DNA from: a virus
Length of the DNA stretch: 64,000 bases
Virus record (IMG/VR): IMGVR_UViG_3300027301_000003
Span: 10,423-74,422 of that record
Direction: 5' to 3' (one strand)
Below the pieces are notes generated by a model. The model had not been told where the DNA came from. It searched no databases and saw only the letters and a list, made by a program, of their open reading frames with translations. The position numbers were made by a program, and so were the translations under genes. Positions within the stretch are counted from its first letter, which is position 1; each line of letters starts with the position of its first letter. Below are positions 46,463 through 55,951 of this stretch, piece by piece.

Positions 46463-46855
46463 TTATTTCTTAGAAGCTTTCTTGCGTTCTAGTTCTGCTT
46501 CTTTTGCGTAAGAGTTCAACGCTTCCATATCGAAACGTTTGAGTAATTCAAGTTCCCATTCTTCAATCTCTATATGTATTAGATCAAGATAGGATTTGAT
46601 ATCTGAATATGATATTGGGTTAACTCCAAAACCATTTGATGATCTGGAGTTATTAAGATCAATGAACCATTTCCAAACTTGGCTGCAACTCTGAGGTAAC
46701 TCTTTAAGTTCTTCTAGCTCTTTGGGTTTTACACCAGTTTGTCTCCATACGGAATTTAACTGATCACGAAGACTACCTGAATTACCGGACTTTCTACCAA
46801 GCTCAAACTCTTGTTTAGCAAAAGTTATAGCATCATCTAGTTCACTCTGATCGAA
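46463..46855 (-). CDS. Frameshift extension of the tail assembly chaperone (gpGT-like, +1 frame)
   Basis: 130-codon open frame with no early start, overlapping the chaperone end; W.WF.DL...R..NGFG.NPISY.DI motif. Confidence 0.8.
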   Translation of the reverse strand, partial: FDQSELDDAITFAKQEFELGRKSGNSGSLRDQLNSVWRQTGVKPKELEELKELPQSCSQVWKWFIDLNNSRSSNGFGVNPISYSDIKSYLDLIHIEIEEWELELLKRFDMEALNSYAKEAELERKKASKK

Positions 46856-47255
46856 AGTTTAGCAGTTGACCCGCTTCCTCCATTACTTGGTCTTTAATCC
46901 AAGAATATTCTTTGAAGATGCGTTCTGCATTTTCTTTTGTAAAAGGTACTTCTTTACCATTTTCAGTAATGTTCTTCCAAGAGATAACTCGCACAATAGC
47001 TGATTCTACGCTTAGTTCTTCAGCTTCCTCTAGTGTCATATCATCTACGTCTTTACCACGGCGTTTAGCTTGCTGTTCACGTAGTTTAAATTCACTGTAC
47101 TTCTTGCGACCAAATGCTTTTACTGTCTTGGATTGATCACCACGTACTGTAATAAATACTCCAGTACCTTCGCCTGTACCGGGAAGCTTTAGTTCAAATT
47201 CAAAACCAGCTTCTGCAATCTCTGTGTAATTATGTTTTGCCAAATCAAATGTCAT
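46842..47255 (-). CDS. Tail assembly chaperone (gpG-like)
   Basis: Between tail tube and tape measure genes; ends W...QV......NF. Confidence 0.85.
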   Translation of the reverse strand: MTFDLAKHNYTEIAEAGFEFELKLPGTGEGTGVFITVRGDQSKTVKAFGRKKYSEFKLREQQAKRRGKDVDDMTLEEAEELSVESAIVRVISWKNITENGKEVPFTKENAERIFKEYSWIKDQVMEEAGQLLNFRSE

Positions 47256-47287
47256 AATAGTTCCTTTCTATTGTTAATGAAGTACTG

Positions 47288-47316
47288 ATTATAGCATATT
47301 TTTTAGGATAAATCAA
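47288..47316 (-). promoter_or_regulatory. Sigma70-type promoter upstream of the chaperone
   Basis: TTGATT-17nt-TATAAT with TG extension. Confidence 0.7.
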
Positions 47317-47331
47317 GAGGTTGTAATAAAG

Positions 47332-47362
47332 AAAAAACCCCTCGGCTTTTGACCGAAGGGTT
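47332..47362 (-). terminator. Intrinsic terminator after the tail tube gene
   Basis: AACCCTTCGG...CCGAGAGGG followed by TTTTTT. Confidence 0.75.
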
Positions 47363-47386
47363 ATATTCTCAAGTGAGTCTTAGCGA

Positions 47387-48592
47387 TTAAGCAGCAGAAT
47401 CTTGAATCTGAATTGTAGTAGCAGGTAGACCTGCAGTAGTAACATCATTCAATAGAGCTTGGAAGCTAGAAGATGCAACAATACCTAGTTCACCGTCATC
47501 TTTAGAGAAGCTACCTAGTTTAACTTTTGGTAGAGTAAAGGCAATGAAGTTAGCAGTAGCAGAACTATCAGCAGTCATTGTTAATACAATACTAACAGGA
47601 GTTTCATCATCAAAGTAATCTCTGAAATCTGCATCTTGGAAGTAAACACTCAAGTTACCAGTAACACGAATACGACCAGTGAAAATGTCAGCAACAGAGT
47701 TGGAACCAACTACGTTTGCATTCTCAGTTGCTCTTTCGATTGCGAAATCAGCAGAAGTAACCAAAGCTACAGGAGCACCGTTAACTAGCATCACACCGTT
47801 TACAGCAGCAAAGATACCATTGTTACCTTGAGCAGTTGGTGAAGTGAAGTATTGTGATGTACCATTTAGAGCAAGGTCTTTACCAGCAAAACCGATATCA
47901 ACAGTGCTTAGACCAGTTGCTGGAAGTTGAACAGCAATGTTGTTAACTTTCATACCAGTGTAAACTTCTGATTGAGCAATATCAGAATAGAACTCTTCTA
48001 CAGTATAGGAATCATCGGTGTGACCTGTAGCTGGAACGAATGTTTGCTTACCGGGAGCAGTAATAGTTACGCTTGTACCAGTACCTTGAGCAGTTAGTGC
48101 TACACCATTCAATGGTACAACGACTAAGTTAGTAGCGGTGATGCTTGCAACAAGTAGATTTCGTGCGTTATCTGCAACAGTTGTTAAACCAGCAGCACGA
48201 ACTACCATACCAACTTTGACACCATCAGTAATCCAAGAACCAGTTGAACGAACGATTGTGTAAGTTGTACCTGAAACAGTAACTGTACAGCTTACAGCAG
48301 AACCAAGAGTTACTGCAGCAAAATCTTTACCTACAACAGAACCCATGAAATCAGCATAAGAAGCTGCGGATAGTTCACCGTTTAAGCTACCTTCTGCAGA
48401 ACGCACACCATGACGAAAATCAGAAACTTGACGATCAGTACGAATTTCACCTGATTCATAAGCTTCTTTTGCTAGGTTAAAACTAGCAGTAACTCTACGA
48501 AGTAGTTTACCAGATGTATTACCTGCTAAAACACCCCATGTAGTTTCCTTTTTGTAACCAACTTGTTTGGCTGTACCTTTGGAGATTGGCAT
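47387..48592 (-). CDS. Major tail tube protein
   Basis: ETTWG...S.EIR.DRQ...G..NGELS; non-contractile tail tube family; synteny. Confidence 0.85.
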   Translation of the reverse strand: MPISKGTAKQVGYKKETTWGVLAGNTSGKLLRRVTASFNLAKEAYESGEIRTDRQVSDFRHGVRSAEGSLNGELSAASYADFMGSVVGKDFAAVTLGSAVSCTVTVSGTTYTIVRSTGSWITDGVKVGMVVRAAGLTTVADNARNLLVASITATNLVVVPLNGVALTAQGTGTSVTITAPGKQTFVPATGHTDDSYTVEEFYSDIAQSEVYTGMKVNNIAVQLPATGLSTVDIGFAGKDLALNGTSQYFTSPTAQGNNGIFAAVNGVMLVNGAPVALVTSADFAIERATENANVVGSNSVADIFTGRIRVTGNLSVYFQDADFRDYFDDETPVSIVLTMTADSSATANFIAFTLPKVKLGSFSKDDGELGIVASSSFQALLNDVTTAGLPATTIQIQDSAA

Positions 48593-48660
48593 ATTATTTT
48601 CCTTAATTTAAATTATCAACATTTGCAAATGTACTGATTTAGGTTCAGCAACCTTGATTA

Positions 48661-49065
48661 TCAAGAGTATACCTCTGCCACCAATTCAATTAGTACAGGA
48701 CAAATCACTCTTTCAGATACAACCGTATTGCCAGCAATTTGCGGTGTTCTTAATACGTGTATTTTTACACTACCTTCATTTAGTACTAAACCTTTTGCAA
48801 AATGCGCTCTGATTAATTCAGCACGATTTATAACTTCGGAAGTTCCCTTGTTTGCAGCACCAACAACAAATACCTGCATTGTCATTCGTTCTCTGTGAAA
48901 GCCTGTACCAAGCACAGGATCATCTGGAGTTTGAAGAGTAAATTGCACTCTTTGGTATATTGTATTGGGTGGAGTAAAACTAACACCTTCCCATGCTGTT
49001 GTTACAGTAGGAGTTAATGCGTTTAGTCTTCTTTCGGCTGCTCTTTTAATTTCTATGATTGCCAT
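48661..49065 (-). CDS. Tail terminator protein
   Basis: AWEGV.FTPP motif; synteny. Confidence 0.7.
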   Translation of the reverse strand: MAIIEIKRAAERRLNALTPTVTTAWEGVSFTPPNTIYQRVQFTLQTPDDPVLGTGFHRERMTMQVFVVGAANKGTSEVINRAELIRAHFAKGLVLNEGSVKIHVLRTPQIAGNTVVSERVICPVLIELVAEVYS

Positions 49066-49607
49066 TAACTTGCCTCATAATATTTGTTTAGTGAAGATGC
49101 ATATATACCATAGATAGCATGTAATGTAGGTTCCATAATACCATAAGGTGCTTGTTCCGATGCACCACTTTCTAGTGATCTAACAGGAGCACCATTCTTG
49201 TATGTTTCGTAAGGCCAACCATCTGAAGCAACATATCTAACACTGTTCATTATGTAAACATCATCGCCAAGTTTATACTTTTGACTATCATTATCAGCAT
49301 TGCTTTTAATATTCAAAGCATTTTCATCAACAGCTCTCTCAGGAAATATAATCTTAGTTGGACCATTGAAAGATATTGTCCAACCACCTTTAGCTGAACC
49401 TGCCTCCGGTGGTAATGTTTTCAATCTAATGAAATTATTATATAACTTACCATAATCAGTTATATTACCAAAAGGAGTGTTCTCAATAGCTTCAAAGGTT
49501 ACCTCGTAAGTAAAGATTTTCACCATACCTTCCATCTTACGAACAGCTTCTTCATGGAACTTCTTTAGGCTTTCTTCTAGTTTTGAAGTATCGCATGTAA
49601 CTTGCAT
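49065..49607 (-). CDS. Neck / tail completion protein (HK97 gp10-like)
   Basis: TP...G.AKGGW...N...Y...LE.G.S.QAP.G. Confidence 0.7.
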   Translation of the reverse strand: MQVTCDTSKLEESLKKFHEEAVRKMEGMVKIFTYEVTFEAIENTPFGNITDYGKLYNNFIRLKTLPPEAGSAKGGWTISFNGPTKIIFPERAVDENALNIKSNADNDSQKYKLGDDVYIMNSVRYVASDGWPYETYKNGAPVRSLESGASEQAPYGIMEPTLHAIYGIYASSLNKYYEAS

Positions 49608-49609
49608 GA

Positions 49610-49966
49610 TTAACCCTTAACGGTTAGAATCTTGTATAGAATCACAAGACCATCTGCAGCGTGTTCTGTAATGGAATCTACAGTATATGTAATACTATCA
49701 ATAGTAATCTTATCTTTAACTGCAGGTACAAAACTTAAATTGTTATTAGCTAAATAAAATAAAGCAGAATCTCTGCCGATCATATTTGGAAAGTTATACT
49801 GACTAGCTCTGATGTGTTTCTTGTACATTTTAACAGAATGCGATGTTTCCGTATTGGTTGTACTACCCGTTTCAATATCATAAGTACCTTCAGTTACAAT
49901 AACATAACTGCAGGTTTTACCATGCGTATTAATTGCTTTTAGTGCTATTGCTAAGTATTTATCCAT
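49610..49966 (-). CDS. Head closure protein
   Basis: G.YD..TG motif; synteny. Confidence 0.7.
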   Translation of the reverse strand: MDKYLAIALKAINTHGKTCSYVIVTEGTYDIETGSTTNTETSHSVKMYKKHIRASQYNFPNMIGRDSALFYLANNNLSFVPAVKDKITIDSITYTVDSITEHAADGLVILYKILTVKG

Positions 49967-49980
49967 AGTGTTTCCTTGGC

Positions 49981-50388
49981 TTAAATACCGAATGAACTAG
50001 GACGATAAGTGAATGTCTCAGCTTGTGGGTCTTTTACGATGTTGTTATCTAAGTTAGAATCATTGGCTAACATATCTTCTTTTGAGATACCGCCAGCATA
50101 ACCTTGTACTTTTTCGTACATTGCATTGAGGTCAGGATTCTTGATATACATCTGCAAAGCTTGCATGTAATTCTTAGCTGCAGAAGCACCTTTGATACTA
50201 AAGATGTCAACTGTTTCGTCAGTACGCATGGAAAGCTTGAGCATGATACTCTTAGCTGCATCCATTGCTGAACGATGTAAAGCATTTGAGTTTTTAGTTA
50301 AAAAGTACGTATACTCAGCATCACTCATAATAGGGAATTCGGCTGAAGTATCACCTAGTTCATAGCGAAGGTCTTGAATTGTAGCCAT
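49981..50388 (-). CDS. Head-tail adaptor protein
   Basis: LR..LGD......SD.E..YFL; directly after the capsid gene. Confidence 0.7.
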   Translation of the reverse strand: MATIQDLRYELGDTSAEFPIMSDAEYTYFLTKNSNALHRSAMDAAKSIMLKLSMRTDETVDIFSIKGASAAKNYMQALQMYIKNPDLNAMYEKVQGYAGGISKEDMLANDSNLDNNIVKDPQAETFTYRPSSFGI

Positions 50389-50469
50389 TTATTATTCCTT
50401 GTATTATAAAATATCTAACATTAATCCTGTATTCTAACATGCGTAATGTTACAAAGCAAGACTAATGTT

Positions 50470-50489
50470 AGAAAGCCCCCGAAGGGGCA
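50470..50489 (-). terminator. Terminator-like hairpin after the capsid gene
   Basis: GCCCC-TTCG-GGGGC-TTTC on the minus strand. Confidence 0.7.
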
Positions 50490-50506
50490 ATCTAAGTATC
50501 TAACGA

Positions 50507-51520
50507 TTAGTTAGAAGTGGTTAGCTGAACAACAGCTTGTGGGCGGCGAATCAAGTTCAAGAAGTTAGCTTCTGATTGAATCTGAATTTCGCTGTCTTTT
50601 GGATCACGGTAAGTGAATACATAAGCTTGCTCACCAATGGTGTTAACATGTGAGAACTTGTTAGCAGGGCTAAAGTAAGTCTTGAACATGTCAGCAGTAC
50701 CTTGTGGTAGCATGTAAGCTTCACCAGCAGGGATCAAAGCAGTACCGTTATAAGAACCACGGTATTCGATGTACTCAACACCACCGTGTACGAAACGGCG
50801 ATATACACCAGAACCTAGACGGTTACGGAGAGGCTCTTGAGTGCTTGTGTAGTACTTGTAAGCTTCTTTAACAGTAGCGTGGTTGATTAGCTTACCGAAG
50901 AATGCAGGTGAGCATAGTACGATAATGTTGCTAACAACTTCACCACTCTGGATTGTATCCTGAATGTGAGCGATACCTTCTTCTGACTTAGCGTTTAGGT
51001 CAGTGGTAGAAGTACCGAGTACGAAGTCGATGGACTTACGGGTGATACCGAAATCAGTGTAGAAGTTACCAGCTACAGTACCGTTAGGAGCATAGATAGC
51101 ACCAACAGTGATAGCGTAGGCACGAGCAGCTTCTAGAGTTACTGAGTGGTTCATACGGATGCGCTCTAGCTTACGAGCGATAACAGCGGCTTCAGTTTCA
51201 GCTTGATCAGCAGAACCGTAAGCACGTTTACCTTGTACATCTTCAGGCTTAACAGCATCATCCATTGGGAAGTGAGGAATAGCGAATGAACGTAGAGCAC
51301 GAGTGTCGCTCTTAGCTACGTTGTTGCGCTCACCACGGATTTTGTCGGTAACTAGACCGAGTGTACCTTCGCTGGATTCAACGGTAACGCTGTGTTGAGC
51401 TACGCCTTCTTCACCGAATAGACCTAATTCATTGATCAAGCCCCATTTATTAGGAACTAAGAGTAGTTCTTCTGTGTAATCGACTAGCTCAAATGGTTTT
51501 TCAAAACTACGAGTTTGCAT
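50507..51520 (-). CDS. Major capsid protein (lambda gpE-like)
   Basis: 337 aa with F.IPHF..DD and F.T.F.PA...VNT.G; strong codon bias; follows the decoration gene. Confidence 0.9.
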   Translation of the reverse strand: MQTRSFEKPFELVDYTEELLLVPNKWGLINELGLFGEEGVAQHSVTVESSEGTLGLVTDKIRGERNNVAKSDTRALRSFAIPHFPMDDAVKPEDVQGKRAYGSADQAETEAAVIARKLERIRMNHSVTLEAARAYAITVGAIYAPNGTVAGNFYTDFGITRKSIDFVLGTSTTDLNAKSEEGIAHIQDTIQSGEVVSNIIVLCSPAFFGKLINHATVKEAYKYYTSTQEPLRNRLGSGVYRRFVHGGVEYIEYRGSYNGTALIPAGEAYMLPQGTADMFKTYFSPANKFSHVNTIGEQAYVFTYRDPKDSEIQIQSEANFLNLIRRPQAVVQLTTSN

Positions 51521-51556
51521 TATAATTTCCTTGTTTTATTGTTCGGTAAGTTAGTA

Positions 51557-51952
51557 TCAGACTGCATCGTTGCAGAGAATACCCTTGGCTTCTAGAGCAG
51601 CGTATACAGCATCTTTTTCAGCAGTTAGGTTGTAGGTTGCATCTAGAACTAGACCATCCTTAGATACAATAGCTGGACCACGTACTAGGCATAGAACCTT
51701 AGTGTCGGTAGTAGCAGCAACAGCTTGCTCAACCATTACGATAGCGTCAGCAACTTCTGAACCATCGGTAGCAGTTTGTACGGCGATTTTGTATTTACCG
51801 CCAGTGGTTACCTTACCGAGAACAGTACCGGGAACTAGAGTGGCAGCAGTACCATTATAGGTAACAGCTACACGGCAGTATGCAGACTCAGGGAAGAGTT
51901 CTTGCTTGACAACGTTAGAAAGACGTTTTGCTTCAGTTGCGATTAGTGGCAT
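51557..51952 (-). CDS. Head decoration protein (gpD-like)
   Basis: GTVLGKVT..GKY....A.DGSE. Confidence 0.8.
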   Translation of the reverse strand: MPLIATEAKRLSNVVKQELFPESAYCRVAVTYNGTAATLVPGTVLGKVTTGGKYKIAVQTATDGSEVADAIVMVEQAVAATTDTKVLCLVRGPAIVSKDGLVLDATYNLTAEKDAVYAALEAKGILCNDAV

Positions 51953-51967
51953 TTTATTTCCTTTTTA

Positions 51968-53191
51968 TTACTTAGTTACTTGCTTGGCTTTAAGTAATTT
52001 TGCCACAGCAGATTCTTTAACAGCGGTTTCTTCTTGAACGGAAGCACCTTTTTCTACGAACATCTCAGATTTTTCAACAGTAGTCATCATTGCTTCCATA
52101 GCAGCGAGGAATGCTGTAAAATCATCTTCGGATTCTAGAGATAGAGCAGCCTTAGCGATTGCTTCTACCTTGCTCTCGTCTTTAACGATTGCTTTAACTT
52201 TTTCAGTTTTCGCTTTATTGATAGCTTCTTTTTTCTCAGCTTCAAATTGAGCGATTGTTTCCATAGCTTTTTGTAGTTGTACCTTCTGCTCATCTAGAGC
52301 TTTTTGTACAAGTTCAAATTGAGCTTTTTCAACGGTTTCGACTTTAACTTCGTCTTCCATCTTGGTTTTCTCCAATTCTTCTTTGTTAACAGAGGTAGAC
52401 ACCCCTTCAATATTCTCAACGCCAGCGTTTGTTGAGGTATCATTACCGTCTGCGGAAGCAGCAGGTGCAGATTCTTTTGTAAGAGACTTCTTGATCTTAG
52501 TAAGAGTACTAGCCTTGTGACCAACCAAAGTTTCAGTAGGTTCACCATCTCTGTAAATTCTAATTAGAGCAGCAGGGTTCTCTGCAGTAGCATTAATGCT
52601 AAACTCAGTACCGGGAACACCCAAAGTACCTTCGGTCATTACATGTTCAATTTTACCACTGGCTTTACCACCACTTGAGTTCCATTGCACCATGTCACCA
52701 GTTTTAGGCTTATATGCTTTTTGTAATTCTTCAAATGCTTTTTCGACTCGCTCTTGGTCGTTGAGCATTGCTAGATATTCTGTTTCATCCAAAGAAGATA
52801 GTACATCAGCTAGACTTTCAGCTTCATGTGCGGATTTCAAAATCTCGAAAGCTTCCATCTTGGACTGAATGTAATCTTCGTAGCTTTCCATTGGTTCAGA
52901 ATAGTCTTCAGATTCAGGCTTCTCGTAACCCATCATACGAGCTAGGACTTCAACGTCATCACCGTACATTCCAAAGAACTTACGCAAGAAATCAGGTAGT
53001 TCCATAGTTACACGAACTTGTTGCATCTTTTGTACAAACTCTTCACTGAACTTATTGCTTTTTAACACAAGTGCATAGTCGTGTGTATTAGCTGGACCAC
53101 CTTGTTGCTTTGAAGTCAGAGCTACGTGAGCACCTTCTTTTTCAAAACTAATATCGGATAGTTTTCTTTTAGCTTTTCGTTGTGTTGCCAT
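51968..53191 (-). CDS. Scaffold-like head protein with inserted Tudor-like (HVA1/DUF2945-like) domain
   Basis: Acidic coiled coil; internal GDMVQWNSSGGKASGKI...VGHK...L. Confidence 0.65.
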   Translation of the reverse strand: MATQRKAKRKLSDISFEKEGAHVALTSKQQGGPANTHDYALVLKSNKFSEEFVQKMQQVRVTMELPDFLRKFFGMYGDDVEVLARMMGYEKPESEDYSEPMESYEDYIQSKMEAFEILKSAHEAESLADVLSSLDETEYLAMLNDQERVEKAFEELQKAYKPKTGDMVQWNSSGGKASGKIEHVMTEGTLGVPGTEFSINATAENPAALIRIYRDGEPTETLVGHKASTLTKIKKSLTKESAPAASADGNDTSTNAGVENIEGVSTSVNKEELEKTKMEDEVKVETVEKAQFELVQKALDEQKVQLQKAMETIAQFEAEKKEAINKAKTEKVKAIVKDESKVEAIAKAALSLESEDDFTAFLAAMEAMMTTVEKSEMFVEKGASVQEETAVKESAVAKLLKAKQVTK

Positions 53192-53193
53192 TA

Positions 53194-53994
53194 TTAATCA
53201 TCCTCTTCGATTGATTCGACAGATGCTAAAGCACCAATACTCAAACCATTAATTTCACCAGACTTGATTAATTCCCATAGATTATCATCTAAGGATTGAA
53301 TAGTAGCTAACCAAGTACCTTTTTTTACGAATTTATCACCCAATACAAAGTCAGTTGGGCAGCAGTAACTTTCACAGAATTCAAAGGTATCGGTTTCAAC
53401 TAAATGAAACAAGTTAGCTTTCATGCTGTATTTATTAAAGTTATGACAAGCTTTACGAACTTCAGCTTCACTGGTTACATCACCGTGAGCATCAATTTCC
53501 TCTGGAACCATTACAATAAATGTAGCTTGCCTTAGTTCCTCATCAACTGCTTTTGTAATCGGAAGCTTTACTCCCGGTAGTTGATCTTCTGCATTAACTT
53601 CTTCGTCTGTAATCTCTTTGATGTAACTCTTTAAGATTTCTTCTTGTTTTAATACTCGTCTAGCAAAAGCTAAACCAGCAGAACCACCCCAAAGTAGCCA
53701 AGCGATAGTACCAGCGGTAGGTCCACCATCTGCTTCTTTTTTCTTAGGAGCATAATTCTTTTCGTGTCTGCTAAAGAAAGCGTACATGCGTTTAATGGTA
53801 TCTAAGCTTAAGTTACCATTAATGATATCTCTTGCTCTAGCTACACCAGAACCTACACCTTCGCTCTTAGCTTGAGAAGCGTCTAAGCCACCACGATTCC
53901 ATTTCTCTCGTAGTGCCAAACCTCTTCTTGCATTATTTCGCATTGCATCTGTGGGAGCAAAACTTTTAGCTTTGTTAATTTTATCCATGCTCAC
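53194..53994 (-). CDS. XkdF-like prohead serine protease with extra N-terminal domain
   Basis: DAHGD...N..H...GTW...W..IKSGEINGLSIG. Confidence 0.75.
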   Translation of the reverse strand: MSMDKINKAKSFAPTDAMRNNARRGLALREKWNRGGLDASQAKSEGVGSGVARARDIINGNLSLDTIKRMYAFFSRHEKNYAPKKKEADGGPTAGTIAWLLWGGSAGLAFARRVLKQEEILKSYIKEITDEEVNAEDQLPGVKLPITKAVDEELRQATFIVMVPEEIDAHGDVTSEAEVRKACHNFNKYSMKANLFHLVETDTFEFCESYCCPTDFVLGDKFVKKGTWLATIQSLDDNLWELIKSGEINGLSIGALASVESIEEDD

Positions 53995-54018
53995 CTCTTT
54001 ATAAACATATTAAACATA

Positions 54019-54047
54019 ATTATATCACATTTTTTAAGTAAAATCAA
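54019..54047 (-). promoter_or_regulatory. Sigma70-type promoter upstream of head genes
   Basis: TTGATT-17nt-TATAAT with TG extension. Confidence 0.7.
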
Positions 54048-54066
54048 GTACAAATATTTAAAAACA

Positions 54067-54237
54067 TCATATGTTAATTATATCGTAGTTTTCTTCCGGG
54101 TTTAAAAGTCTAGGATCAACCAAAGGATCGTCTTCAACAGATAGAATTTTCTCTACACCTGATGGAGTAAAATACTTCAATAACTCCTCTGCTGAAGTCC
54201 AGAATATGTCAAGTTGTTGTACTGTTAAATCTGCCAT
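54067..54237 (-). CDS. Small hypothetical protein (not in ORF track)
   Basis: 56 aa MADLTVQQLDIFW... Confidence 0.55.
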   Translation of the reverse strand: MADLTVQQLDIFWTSAEELLKYFTPSGVEKILSVEDDPLVDPRLLNPEENYDIINI

Positions 54238-54238
54238 A

Positions 54239-55282
54239 TTAACTTGTCTTTAAAGCTATACCGTATCCAGTTCCGCAGTTAAAAAATGTATAAACATCTC
54301 CACTAATTAACATGCTATCCCCTGTAAAACCAGCATTTGGTCTTGTCCAATAAATGTCAGTAGTACCCGTAACTGATTGAATCGGATGACCCAATGCTCC
54401 TATTTGTAAAAATACTGGAGTTACCTGATAACGTGGTGACCCAATTGAATCAATGGAGTTATTACGTAAATTGTTTGCAGTTTGAAATAAGGAACCAATA
54501 TTTAAAGTAGGTAAGTTAGATACTATGTTACCCGGACTATATGTACCGTAAAAAGTACCCGTATTCACATCAGTAACACCGAATACAGCACTCATCATAG
54601 TTCTAGTTAATACACCAGTAGTTGATGTAGGAATGATAATTGTTTCAGAGGTGAAATTGGAAGAAGTAGCATGACAATATTGTACAAATGGAGCCGTACC
54701 ATAAAAACGGTTAACATCAGACATTGACATTTCCCACACGGCTTGCATACCACGAGCTTCGTTAACTATAGTGATTCCACGAGGTGTAGCAATAACATGA
54801 ATAATATCATTAGCTGCTACCCGTAAAGCTACAGTTAATGTATCATTACTACCGTTAGCTGCAGGGGAAAAGTACCTTGGACCCTCATTGGTTAAAACAC
54901 CCAAAGAAGTAGCTGACGTAGCTCCTGTCATTGTAAATAAAGTAGTGCTTGCTGATTGTGTTCCAATATAGCTAGTACTGAGTGCTACGTATTTTAATGC
55001 AGAAGTTTCTAAACAAGGCGCACTAATTACTAAGTTACATTGGGAACCTGATGCTGTAAATCCTGTAACACCAATAGCAGCAACGGTTGGTCTATCATTA
55101 GCATTGTTACTACCAACATAAGTCCAACCTGCTGGATTATTATCAATAATAACTGAAGATGATGTACTAAAAGCTCCAAGTAAAGCAGTGGTTGGTGTAC
55201 TAGAAGTACATAACCTAACAATATCTCGCATAGCTTGTACAGCAGGGATACCAGTAGAACCAACTACAAGTTTTGCATACAT
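54239..55282 (-). CDS. Putative virion structural protein
   Basis: 347 aa, Thr/Ser/Gly-rich, predicted beta; in the head module. Confidence 0.55.
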   Translation of the reverse strand: MYAKLVVGSTGIPAVQAMRDIVRLCTSSTPTTALLGAFSTSSSVIIDNNPAGWTYVGSNNANDRPTVAAIGVTGFTASGSQCNLVISAPCLETSALKYVALSTSYIGTQSASTTLFTMTGATSATSLGVLTNEGPRYFSPAANGSNDTLTVALRVAANDIIHVIATPRGITIVNEARGMQAVWEMSMSDVNRFYGTAPFVQYCHATSSNFTSETIIIPTSTTGVLTRTMMSAVFGVTDVNTGTFYGTYSPGNIVSNLPTLNIGSLFQTANNLRNNSIDSIGSPRYQVTPVFLQIGALGHPIQSVTGTTDIYWTRPNAGFTGDSMLISGDVYTFFNCGTGYGIALKTS

Positions 55283-55285
55283 ATA

Positions 55286-55480
55286 TTATTCTCCCATAAT
55301 AAGTTGAGCTTTAGAATCCGTAACGGCATCAATAGCTACAAAATAAATAACATCCGAAACAATAATATAATTGAAACTATTGTTTGTTGATTCTTGAATT
55401 TGCTTTAATTCAGAAAGAGAACCTGAGTATTTATAAACGTTGTTGTGTCCGAAATAAGAAAAAATTTGTTCATTGCTCAT
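55286..55480 (-). CDS. Hypothetical protein
   Basis: ATGA overlap; packed in the operon. Confidence 0.6.
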   Translation of the reverse strand: MSNEQIFSYFGHNNVYKYSGSLSELKQIQESTNNSFNYIIVSDVIYFVAIDAVTDSKAQLIMGE

Positions 55481-55950
55481 TGTAATCCTGCGAAATAAGT
55501 AAATTGAAGACCGAAACCACGACCCGGACCAACACTACCAATTTGTGTTATGTCTACGTAGATGCTATTATTAGAAGGTACGGTAATTACTGTTGTTAAT
55601 AGTTTTTGCTTTACATTGGGTAGAAGTTCATCGCTTAAAATTATAGTAGATGTATCGTAACTTGTTCCTACTCTTAAATCAAACTTCAATGGTTGACCTG
55701 ATGCTGCGGTGGTTAAAGAAACAGTAGTGGAGGTAATTACTGCTCCAGATATAAATCTTAAACCCTCCATCTTACCACCTAAGTTATTAGTAATTCTTGC
55801 GGCAGTAATAACCCTATTGGCAATACTTGCACTTAATAATCTTGTACCAGCAATTAGTTTAGAAGGATCAGTTGGTGTAATTTGATTTGTATTAGTAAAT
55901 ATTTTACCAATACTTGCATCCACCAGCATACTTCTTGTTCTTCTTGTCAT
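55477..55950 (-). CDS. Putative virion structural protein
   Basis: VDITQIGS..PG.G beta-sandwich-like C-terminus. Confidence 0.55.
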   Translation of the reverse strand: MTRRTRSMLVDASIGKIFTNTNQITPTDPSKLIAGTRLLSASIANRVITAARITNNLGGKMEGLRFISGAVITSTTVSLTTAASGQPLKFDLRVGTSYDTSTIILSDELLPNVKQKLLTTVITVPSNNSIYVDITQIGSVGPGRGFGLQFTYFAGLQ

Positions 55951-55951
55951 A

